This document shows, piece after piece, positions 1 to 7,153 of a DNA stretch of 41,363 nucleotides. A program made the translations under genes and the position numbers. Within the stretch, counting starts at the first letter, position 1. Each line of letters begins with the position of its first letter. Below the pieces are notes generated by a model, which did no database searches, was not told where the DNA came from, and saw nothing but the letters and a program-made list of their open reading frames with translations. Source of the stretch: Anaerolineae bacterium (GTDB lineage Bacteria > Chloroflexota > Anaerolineae > B4-G1 > DUEL01); contig JANXAH010000035.1 of the NCBI GenBank assembly GCA_025062415.1, forward strand, positions 1-41,363. The letters run 5' to 3'.

Positions 1-1104
1 TGGAGTCCCTGTGACGATGGGCACGGGGACGGGCGTCGGCGTCGGGGTGGAGGGAGGGAGAATCTGGCAGCGGGAGACCCCCCAGCCGCTCAGGACGAAG
101 ATGGCCAGGGCTGCGCCGCTGGCGACGGTGCGCCGGGCCCATGCCCCCCAGTCGGGGGGAACAGGCACCCGCTCCAGGGCCAGGCGCATCTCCCGGGCCG
201 AGGAAAAGCGCTGATCCGGGTCTTTTTCCAGGGCCCGCAGGACGATTTCCTCCAGCAGCGGCGGGATGGCCGGGCGAATCTGCCGGGGAGGCAGAGGCCG
301 ATACTGGGGGTCCACGATCAGTGCGATGTTCTCAAAGGGGAGCCGTCCCGTCAGCATCTCATAGAGGACGATACCCAGGGAGAAGAGATCGGTGCGGACA
401 TCCACCGGACGGCCCCGACGGGTCGTCTCCAGAGCCTGTTCGGGGGAGACGTATTCCGGGGTGGCAACGCCCAGGAGACCAAAGCGGGGATAGCGCAGGT
501 CCCGGGCGATGCCGAAGTCGCACAGGACAGCATGAGGGACACTGCTGCGCAGGTAGTTGAAGGAGCGCTTCCGGAAGAGGATGTTCCCCGGCTTGATATC
601 CAGGTTGATGACGAAACGCTCGTGGATGTGCTCCAGGGCAGAGACCAGTTGACGGGCGATCCCGACGGCTTCCAGCAGGTGCAGGGGGTGTTCCTCCCCG
701 TTGGCTGGAGGCCGCAGGATGTCGGTCAGCGTGGTGGGGCGGCAGAGGTGTTTCTGCAGCGAGCCTCCGGTCAGCAGTTCCATCGTGTAGTACCACCCTG
801 GGCCAAAGGGGAAGTCCCCGCGCGCAGCGTAGACGAACTTATGGTAGCCCAGAATCGGGTAAATGCGCACCACGTTGGGGTGGTCAAAGCGAGAGAGGTA
901 GTCGGCCTCGGCGACCAGGGCGGCCTGGTGTTCCGGCTTGGCGACCTTCATCGCCATCCGGATGGGGAACCCAGGGCGGCGGTACTTTTCCCGGACCTCC
1001 ACCTCAAAGACGCGCGCCATCCCGCCCCGCCCGCGGAAGCCCCGGACGATGCGGTAGGGGCCCACAACAGTTCCGGGAATAAGTTGGTCCAGTTCCTGGC
1101 TCAT
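1..1104 (-). CDS. Membrane-anchored Hanks-type Ser/Thr protein kinase (3' end truncated by window edge)
   Basis: Absent from the ORF track (no stop inside the window). Manual translation from ATG 1104 (MSQELDQLIPGTVVGPYRIVRGFRGRGGMARVFEV) gives a Gly-rich loop, MAMK lysine, catalytic loop INLDIKPGN, DFG, TPEYVSPEQ, TDLFSLGIVLYEMLTGRLPF, then a TM segment (SGAALAIFVLSGWGV) and a PT-rich stretch. GAGGA RBS follows the upstream stop. Confidence 0.92.
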   Translation of the reverse strand, partial: MSQELDQLIPGTVVGPYRIVRGFRGRGGMARVFEVEVREKYRRPGFPIRMAMKVAKPEHQAALVAEADYLSRFDHPNVVRIYPILGYHKFVYAARGDFPFGPGWYYTMELLTGGSLQKHLCRPTTLTDILRPPANGEEHPLHLLEAVGIARQLVSALEHIHERFVINLDIKPGNILFRKRSFNYLRSSVPHAVLCDFGIARDLRYPRFGLLGVATPEYVSPEQALETTRRGRPVDVRTDLFSLGIVLYEMLTGRLPFENIALIVDPQYRPLPPRQIRPAIPPLLEEIVLRALEKDPDQRFSSAREMRLALERVPVPPDWGAWARRTVASGAALAIFVLSGWGVSRCQILPPSTPTPTPVPVPIVTGTP

Positions 1105-1109
1105 ATCCT

Positions 1110-3170
1110 CTACGGCACCACTTTTCGGGTGGGCCCGCCAGTCTGTGGAGTTCCTGGAGAGGGGGGAGAGGCTGGCGGGGCTCCCGGGCTCGGGTAGGGG
1201 TGAGTGGGGGGAGCACCGGTAGACGGTGGGGGCATCGGGCCCGGATGGGGCGGAGATGGAGGCCCACCGGGGCCAGGCGGCGGAGGCACGACGCCGGGTT
1301 GCTGGATTTGCCGGGTCGTTCCGCCCACGCGCTTGAACTGCAGGCGGGTCATCCCTACCTCAATGATCGCATCCGGCTGAAGCAGGATGCGGGTGTGGGG
1401 CGGAATCGGCATCCCGTTGACCCGCGTCCCGTTTGTGCTCCCCTCGTCCACGATGTAGAACTGGGTCTGTTCCAGGTGGATGGAGAAGTGGGGATTGGAG
1501 ACGTACTCGTCGTAGAGGGCAAAGTCGCCGAACTGGGGGTCTCGGGCCACTTTGGTGACCGGTCCTGCGATAGGGATCTCCCGACCGGGGTTGGTGCCCT
1601 TGACGACCACCAGCCGGGCTACGGCAGGGGGTGTCGCCCCCAGGCGCCGGGTGACCCCTTTGAGAACTCCTGTCGTTCCAGTGACGATGCGCTGGGCCAG
1701 TTGGGAGCGGGTCCGCAGCAGCACCGCCAGCAGGACCAGCAGGCCCAGCAGCAGGGCAAACAGCAGCATAAGGATCCACCAGTACATCCCCAGCCAGAGC
1801 AGCGCGCGCCGGAGGAAGGGAAGGGGCTCCCAGGTGACCTGGATTCTCACCGGTTGGCTGGTGATGCGGACATCCAGATAAGGGTCGTCGGCCTCGGCCT
1901 GGAGGGTGTACTCCTGGCTGGGGGCATGCAGGGAGGGGCGGACCAGGGCTCCCAGGTCCCAGGTAAACTCAAAGGAGGGAGGGGTTCCTCCTCGGCCGAT
2001 CAATTCCCCATTGGCGTAGTAGCGGACTTCCGTCGGGGTTCGGAAGACGCCATCGGTGGGCGCCACGGCTACGCTGAGAAGCAAGGTGCCCGTATATTGG
2101 CCAGCGGAGTAGGGGACAGTGACCGTCATCCCTTCGGTAGGGGCGGTCAGCGTTAGGCGCAAGGGCTCCAGGATGGAGTCAAAGGCGACCGACCGTTCGG
2201 CGGAGCCCAGGTCGGTATTGACGGTCACGTTCAGCGTGTAGCGTCCTTTCGGCTGGCGGGTGCGGTAAGTCAACACGTACTGATTCCGCTGAGTCATCAA
2301 CCGGTCAAAGAGGGCCAGGACAGCCTGGCGGGTGGGTTCGTCCCGGTGAATCTGATAGGCGCCACCCGTCTGGCTTGCCAGGCGGATCAGGTTCCCCTCC
2401 GCGTCCCGGCTGAGAACCCCGCCCTGGGGAGCCATCCCGATGGCATAGAGGGAGATGCCCGACTCGTTGGCCTTCCGGATGATGTCTTCCTCCCGTGCCC
2501 GATTGCTGAAGTTGGGGTCAATCCCGTCGGAGAAGACGACAATGACTTTGCGCCGGTGGGCAAGAACGTCCCGGATAACGGCGTCGGGGTTCTCTCGCAG
2601 TAGCCGCAGGGCCTCGTCCAGCCCCTCGTAGAGAGGGGTACCGCCGCGAACCGTCTCTCCTTCCATCTCTACCAGCGCATTGAGGACCAGGTTGATATCC
2701 ACCGGATTATACGTGAAGTTCTCCTCCGGTTGGAGTTTCCCTCCTTCGCCGACGCCCACAATGGCGATCACGTCGTCCTCCGGCGCGCCGGTGACGCTGA
2801 GCCGGTTGACCAGTTCCCGCACCAGGTCGGTGGCCTGCCGGATGCGCGGGTCGCCACGAGCGGAGATGCCGCCCCGGTCCACCACCACCACGATCGCCAG
2901 TCCCACGGGCCGGTAGGCCACCTCGGCCAGCGGGACCGTCGCGCCCGATTCCTGAACCAGGAAGGCGTCGGCGCCGAGGCCCTCTATGCTCTGGGAGAGT
3001 TGGGGGTCCAGGACGGAGGCGTAGATGCGCACCTCTGGCGGCGAGGAGATCGCATCGGGGGGGTGAAGGATCAGCAGGGGGCCAGGGGCCTGAGCCCGGG
3101 TGGTTCCGAACATCCCTCCGAACAGGACGAGAAGGGCCACCAGCCAGAGGAAGGTCTTGTTCGCATTCAT
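1110..3170 (-). CDS. Signal peptide-VWA-Ig-like-TM-FHA domain protein with Pro-rich tail
   Basis: N-terminal signal peptide; VWA motifs VVVDRGGIS, GGTPLYEGL, VFSDG, LYAIG; Ig-like beta region; TM helix YWWILMLLFALLLGLLVLLAVLL; FHA motifs ARD, VSNPH, GSTNGT. Confidence 0.88.
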   Translation of the reverse strand: MNANKTFLWLVALLVLFGGMFGTTRAQAPGPLLILHPPDAISSPPEVRIYASVLDPQLSQSIEGLGADAFLVQESGATVPLAEVAYRPVGLAIVVVVDRGGISARGDPRIRQATDLVRELVNRLSVTGAPEDDVIAIVGVGEGGKLQPEENFTYNPVDINLVLNALVEMEGETVRGGTPLYEGLDEALRLLRENPDAVIRDVLAHRRKVIVVFSDGIDPNFSNRAREEDIIRKANESGISLYAIGMAPQGGVLSRDAEGNLIRLASQTGGAYQIHRDEPTRQAVLALFDRLMTQRNQYVLTYRTRQPKGRYTLNVTVNTDLGSAERSVAFDSILEPLRLTLTAPTEGMTVTVPYSAGQYTGTLLLSVAVAPTDGVFRTPTEVRYYANGELIGRGGTPPSFEFTWDLGALVRPSLHAPSQEYTLQAEADDPYLDVRITSQPVRIQVTWEPLPFLRRALLWLGMYWWILMLLFALLLGLLVLLAVLLRTRSQLAQRIVTGTTGVLKGVTRRLGATPPAVARLVVVKGTNPGREIPIAGPVTKVARDPQFGDFALYDEYVSNPHFSIHLEQTQFYIVDEGSTNGTRVNGMPIPPHTRILLQPDAIIEVGMTRLQFKRVGGTTRQIQQPGVVPPPPGPGGPPSPPHPGPMPPPSTGAPPTHPYPSPGAPPASPPSPGTPQTGGPTRKVVP

Positions 3171-3248
3171 CTCTGTCCTCCGAAGCAGGGGTGGGGCAGA
3201 ACGTTGCTGTGGAAGGAGACGTCAAGAGGCGCTGATAACTTTAAATGG

Positions 3249-3277
3249 ATTATACACCTTCGCCGATGCTTGTGCAA
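3249..3277 (-). promoter_or_regulatory. Sigma70-type promoter for the VWA-FHA/kinase genes
   Basis: Minus strand TTGCAC-N17-TATAAT, about 80 bp upstream of ATG 3170. Confidence 0.65.
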
Positions 3278-3315
3278 GTCGCACGGTGGCCAATTGCAAA
3301 TGGTCGTTCCATATA

Positions 3316-3392
3316 GCGGCCTCCATCAGCGGGTCGCAGGCTTCCTGAGGGGAGATGGGGGGCCACCAGATGTGCTGGATATGCCCGGCGGG
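3316..3392 (-). pseudogene. Degenerate duplicate of the 3' part of the adjacent PP2C gene
   Basis: 77-bp ungapped match to 3482-3558 with 15 mismatches by manual alignment; translates as PAGHIQHIWWPPISPQEACDPLMEAA versus PDEHIWHIWRTSTSPQEACDRLVEAA. Confidence 0.8.
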
Positions 3393-3413
3393 GCAACTGC
3401 TTGCAGTTGCCCC
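3390..3413. repeat. REP-like palindrome downstream of the PP2C gene
   Basis: Perfect 11-bp inverted repeat GGGGCAACTGC-TT-GCAGTTGCCCC, 10 bp past the stop codon. Confidence 0.7.
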
Positions 3414-3423
3414 ACCAACTCCT

Positions 3424-5178
3424 CTAACGTCCCACCTGAACGACGATGACGCTAATGTTATCCTCCCCTCCGGCACTGTTGGCCGCTTCCACCAGCCGGT
3501 CGCAAGCCTCCTGAGGGGAGGTGGAAGTCCGCCAGATGTGCCAGATATGCTCGTCGGGAACCATCCCGCTTAGCCCATCGCTGCAGAGCAGGAGGGCCTC
3601 GCCGGGCGCTAACCGGCGCTCAAAGAAATCCGCTTCCACCCGGGGCTTATCGCCAAGGGTGCGGTAGATAACATTTTTTTGAGGGTGGGTGGCGGCTTCT
3701 TCGCGGGTGATCTGGCCCGTGGCGACCAGGCGCTCCACCAGGGAGTGGTCCACGGTAATCTGCTCAATGCCGTCGGGACGGAGGTGGTAGGCCCGGCTGT
3801 CGCCAATGTTGGCAATAGTCGCCGCATCGCCCAGCATCAGCGCGACCACGAGGGTGGTGCCCATATCGGTTCCAGCGACCCGGCGCTGGTTGTAGATGGT
3901 CCAGTTGGCCTGCTGGATGACAGCAGAGAGCCACTCTCGGGGTGTGGGGAGGGGCTGTCCGGCCGCGTGGGGGGCCAGGATTTCGCCGCCGACCCGCTGA
4001 GCCAGGGTGCGGATCACTATCTGGCTGGCCACATCCCCTGCCTCGTGCCCGCCCATCCCGTCGGCGATGGCCGCAAGGGCGACGGGAATCCCCTGGGAGC
4101 GGAAGGCCATCACCGTCTGAAGGGCCAGCAGGCTATCTTCGTTGAGGGTCCGTTCCATTCCCACGTCGGTGCGGCAGCCCAGCGTCAGCGTGACGTGGGC
4201 GGGGCGACGCATCTGAGCCAGCCGTTCCTCCAGCATGGCGGCCACCTGACCAGCAGTGAGCGCTCCTGGGTTCGCCAGGACCCGGACAAGAACTTCCAGT
4301 TCCGGCGGGAATGGCCCTGGCCGTCGGAGGTCCCAGGCCCGGCCGGTCGCCAGGTACAGAAGGAGGGCGGCCATTCCAGCCAGGTCTCGGGCGAAATAGG
4401 CAGTGGCCCGGCTCTGCTCCGCAGCCGAAAGTACCTGGGCGTTCTCCAGGGAGAGCCAGAAGGCCCGATCTCCCTCCACACCGATCCGGCCCAGGTCCAT
4501 CTCGCCAAGCGTGATCCCTTGCCGGTGCAGGTGTTCCAGCGCGCGGGCCAGCGTGATTCCCCACTCCAGAACCCGAAGAGATTCTTGAGGAACGGGGAGG
4601 GAGGCAGCCAGCACAGGAAGGTGTTCCGTCTCCACAGCGTAGGCGCGAGGCGGGCCATAGGGGGCCTCGGTAAAGACCTCCCGGGGCAGGAAAAGGCCAG
4701 GATGGTCCACTCCGGCCTGGAGGAGGAGGGCCGGAACCACGAAGGCCCGCTCGTGCGCGCTCTCCCGCACCCGATAGCGCAGCAGAACGGGCGCTGCATC
4801 GGAGAGGTCGGCGCCGCAGGCGACGCAGAACCGTTCGTCCGGAGAGCGGACTTCCGCGCGACACTGGGGACACAGGCGGACGGGCTGCGTCTCTTCCACC
4901 AGGTACTCGTTCATTTGCTCCCCGGCTGCGCGCACCTCCAGCACCGCGTACTGCCCCTCCTTCAGCAGAGCCCCTTCCGGCAGGGGAGCGAAGGCGACGG
5001 GGGCGGGCAGAGGACGGGTAGGGACATCGGCAGTCTGGGCGTGGGATGACGTTGGGAGAAGAGGCTTTGTGGGCTGCCGGGAGGAGCGAATCCGGGAAGA
5101 GGCTTCCAGCGCTGCGCCGCAATTCTGGCAGAACCGCGCGCTGGGGCGGTTCTCCGCACCGCATCGGGAGCACCTCAT
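3424..5178 (-). CDS. Zinc ribbon + pseudokinase + PP2C (Stp1/PrpC-type) Ser/Thr phosphatase fusion
   Basis: Start placed at ATG 5178 (ATGA overlap with upstream stop, AGGAGG RBS). CxxC..FCxxCG ribbons; kinase-like region with HRD read as LGE and DFG as SLE; intact PP2C motifs TDVG-R-NEDS, ADGMGGH, MGTT, GDSRAY, DHS, CSDGL, GGEDN. Confidence 0.9.
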   Translation of the reverse strand: MRCSRCGAENRPSARFCQNCGAALEASSRIRSSRQPTKPLLPTSSHAQTADVPTRPLPAPVAFAPLPEGALLKEGQYAVLEVRAAGEQMNEYLVEETQPVRLCPQCRAEVRSPDERFCVACGADLSDAAPVLLRYRVRESAHERAFVVPALLLQAGVDHPGLFLPREVFTEAPYGPPRAYAVETEHLPVLAASLPVPQESLRVLEWGITLARALEHLHRQGITLGEMDLGRIGVEGDRAFWLSLENAQVLSAAEQSRATAYFARDLAGMAALLLYLATGRAWDLRRPGPFPPELEVLVRVLANPGALTAGQVAAMLEERLAQMRRPAHVTLTLGCRTDVGMERTLNEDSLLALQTVMAFRSQGIPVALAAIADGMGGHEAGDVASQIVIRTLAQRVGGEILAPHAAGQPLPTPREWLSAVIQQANWTIYNQRRVAGTDMGTTLVVALMLGDAATIANIGDSRAYHLRPDGIEQITVDHSLVERLVATGQITREEAATHPQKNVIYRTLGDKPRVEADFFERRLAPGEALLLCSDGLSGMVPDEHIWHIWRTSTSPQEACDRLVEAANSAGGEDNISVIVVQVGR

Positions 5179-5960
5179 GACACACCTCCTTCCCCGGTCC
5201 GAAAGATGAAGGTTACGCTGCCGATTTGGAGTTCCCAGCCATCCCGGAGTAGGTTGTGCCGGGTCCGGCGGCCGTTCACGTAGACGCCATTGGTGGAGCC
5301 CAGGTCTTCCACAGCCCAGTCGTTCCCCCGGCGGTAGAGGCGAGCGTGGCGGCGGGAGACAGTCTCCCATCCCGCGAACTCGGCGGTGATGACCAGATCG
5401 TTATCCGGCGCGCGCCCTATCGTCAGCGATTCCTTCTCCAAGGGCCAGCGAAAGCGCCGCCCGGCCAGGGTGGCCTCCAGCGAGGGTGGGGTGGGGGGAG
5501 TCGGGGGCAGGGGTCGGGTAGGCCTGCGGGGCCGGGGGCGCCTCCGGAACAGGGAGACCCCGATCAGAACCAGCAGCAGGAGGACCAGCAGCCCTGCGCA
5601 TCCCGCTCCGAACAGGGGCCAGTAGGGGACAAGCACTTGTATAATCCCTATCATCCCGGAGACGGTCGGGGTGGTCCCAGGCGTCGGCGAGGGTGTTGGG
5701 AGGAGCGGGACGGTCGGGGTAGGGGAGGGAGGGAGTTCGGTGGGGCTGGGGGAAGGGGATGGGGGAGTAGGAGAGGGCGTCTCGCTGGTCGGGGTCGCCG
5801 TTGGAGTGGGTTCCGGAGGGGGAGGGGGAGTGGCCGACGTGACTTCCGGCAACTGAAAGGTGGGCATCGGGGGTGGGGAGAACCCCACCACCAGCGCGAG
5901 GGAGGTCACGATGCCGAGGACCAGAAGAACCCGGAAAGCGGGAACACCGAAAGCGCTCAT
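5175..5960 (-). CDS. Membrane protein with Pro/Thr-rich ectodomain and C-terminal FHA domain
   Basis: Start placed at ATG 5960 (AGGAGG RBS). Signal/TM segment, PT-rich linker, second TM, then FHA motifs IGRAPDN, VSRRHA, GSTNG. Confidence 0.88.
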   Translation of the reverse strand: MSAFGVPAFRVLLVLGIVTSLALVVGFSPPPMPTFQLPEVTSATPPPPPEPTPTATPTSETPSPTPPSPSPSPTELPPSPTPTVPLLPTPSPTPGTTPTVSGMIGIIQVLVPYWPLFGAGCAGLLVLLLLVLIGVSLFRRRPRPRRPTRPLPPTPPTPPSLEATLAGRRFRWPLEKESLTIGRAPDNDLVITAEFAGWETVSRRHARLYRRGNDWAVEDLGSTNGVYVNGRRTRHNLLRDGWELQIGSVTFIFRTGEGGVS

Positions 5961-5986
5961 ACAGGCCTCCTGAGGAGAAACCTCGC

Positions 5987-6601
5987 TTACGGGGCGGCGT
6001 CCGTGAACACGCATCGGACCGCGCCAAAGCTGATCACATCGCCGGAGCGAAGGACATAGGGCTGATGCGGAGGGAGCATGGTGCCCCCCACGAACGTTCC
6101 GTTGCGGGAGGGGAGCGGGATCAGGACCCACCGGGTTCCCTGCTTGCGCAGCCGGGCATGGGTTCTGGAAACGGTCTCTCCGCCGGGCTGGGTAGAGAGG
6201 TCTATATCCGGCTGCTGTCCCCGTCGGGCATCCCCCCGGCCGACCAACAGTTCCGGCTTGCCCAGATGGTCCAGCAGAACCGGCTGGCCCGAGACAAACC
6301 GGAGGGAGGCCGAACCCCGAACGGGCCAACCGCTATGGTGAGACAACTGGAGGGAATACCGGATCAGTTCCAGCCGGTCTCCCATCTTCACCCCCAGTTC
6401 GTCCAGAGTCCGGCCGTCGGGAAAGGGCTGCCCTCTCCGGCCCAGGCGATACTCCACCAGCCAACCGGATACGGTGGTGGGAATCTGGAGGGCCTGGATC
6501 AGTGCCACCGTCAGATGCCGAACCGGCACATCTTCCGGGACTTCCAGGTCCCGGCTTCCCTGGAGGGGATCAGGGAGTTTCACCGTGATGACGACAGCCA
6601 T
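5987..6601 (-). CDS. EsaB/YukD-type ubiquitin-like domain fused to FHA domain
   Basis: N-terminal DLEVPEDVPVRHL..TLDELGVKMGDRLEL fits the YukD/EsaB pattern; C-terminal FHA motifs VGRGD, VSRTHA, SRNGT; adjacent to WXG100 and essC. Confidence 0.85.
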   Translation of the reverse strand: MAVVITVKLPDPLQGSRDLEVPEDVPVRHLTVALIQALQIPTTVSGWLVEYRLGRRGQPFPDGRTLDELGVKMGDRLELIRYSLQLSHHSGWPVRGSASLRFVSGQPVLLDHLGKPELLVGRGDARRGQQPDIDLSTQPGGETVSRTHARLRKQGTRWVLIPLPSRNGTFVGGTMLPPHQPYVLRSGDVISFGAVRCVFTDAAP

Positions 6602-6612
6602 ACCTGTTATAG

Positions 6613-6640
6613 AGTATACTCCTTACTGCCCGATTTGCAA
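6613..6640 (-). promoter_or_regulatory. Sigma70-type promoter for the yukD-FHA operon (near-leaderless)
   Basis: Minus strand TTGCAA-N16-TATACT; the -10 box ends 11 nt before ATG 6601. Confidence 0.55.
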
Positions 6641-6697
6641 ATTCTGGCTGTGTTGGTGAGGCATCGGCTCGCAGTTGTTCCCTTTCGGCTCCAGAAC

Positions 6698-6725
6698 TTG
6701 ACAATCGGCGGAAAGTCGCTATAAA
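6698..6725 (+). promoter_or_regulatory. Sigma70-type promoter for the WXG100 gene
   Basis: TTGACA-N16-TATAAA; strong AAGGAGG RBS before ATG 6805. Confidence 0.65.
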
Positions 6726-6804
6726 AGAAGGTAGGGCTTTTCTCCAGAACTTTGTCTGCCGCCCAGACTGTATCGTTCCCCCAGACTTTAGAAGGAGGAC
6801 TGCC

Positions 6805-7083
6805 ATGGTGGAGATCCGCGTATCCCCCGAGCGGCTTCGCAGTGTCGCCAGCCAGCTGGAGCAGAAACGGCAGGAGGCCGACCAGATTCTGGCGACCATG
6901 ATTCAGACGGTCAACAACCTCAGCGGCGAGTGGACCGGCCTGGCTCAGGTGGACTACGCCAACATCTTCAACGAACGGGTGCCCGCGATGAGGACTAACC
7001 TCAGCGAAGTGCTGGAGAACCTGATCCGGGCCCTGCGCCACATCGCCGACGAGTTTGAACGGGTGGACCAGACGGTCATCTAA
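6805..7083 (+). CDS. WXG100 family type VII secretion substrate (EsxA/YukE-like)
   Basis: 92 aa, N-terminal IRVSPERL, central W-T-G motif (SGEWTGLA), predicted helical hairpin, C-terminal FERVD resembling the YxxxD/E signal. Confidence 0.93.
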   Translation: MVEIRVSPERLRSVASQLEQKRQEADQILATMIQTVNNLSGEWTGLAQVDYANIFNERVPAMRTNLSEVLENLIRALRHIADEFERVDQTVI

Positions 7084-7094
7084 TGTAGCGACCA

Positions 7095-7130
7095 AACGTG
7101 CCAGGCGCTGCGGGAAGCGCCTGGCACGTT
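7095..7130. repeat. REP-like hairpin / probable bidirectional terminator between convergent WXG100 and essC genes
   Basis: Perfect 15-bp inverted repeat AACGTGCCAGGCGCT-N6-AGCGCCTGGCACGTT; related copy at 16718-16751. Confidence 0.75.
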
Positions 7131-7153
7131 CCCTGCCTTCCGCTTTTCGTTTC

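Noticed and set aside
11-214. VGVGV-rich ORFs (also 5671..5856 and 13024..13482)
   Set aside because: Reverse-strand translations of Thr/Pro-rich coding sequence.
560-600. Apparent frameshift in the kinase gene
   Set aside because: Careful reading gives an uninterrupted frame, DIKPGNILFRKRSFNYLRSSVPHAVLCDFG; the 359..796 ORF is an alternative frame.
3222-3476. 84-aa ORF as a real gene
   Set aside because: It overlaps the PP2C 3' end and the downstream promoter, has no clear RBS, and its only meaningful part is the duplicated fragment.
3316-3558. Diversity-generating retroelement TR/VR pair
   Set aside because: The 15 mismatches involve all bases on either strand rather than adenines only, and no reverse transcriptase gene is in the window.
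6602-7153. Invertible segment explaining the reversed WXG100 gene
   Set aside because: No inverted repeats or copies of the 11570 site were found flanking the gene.
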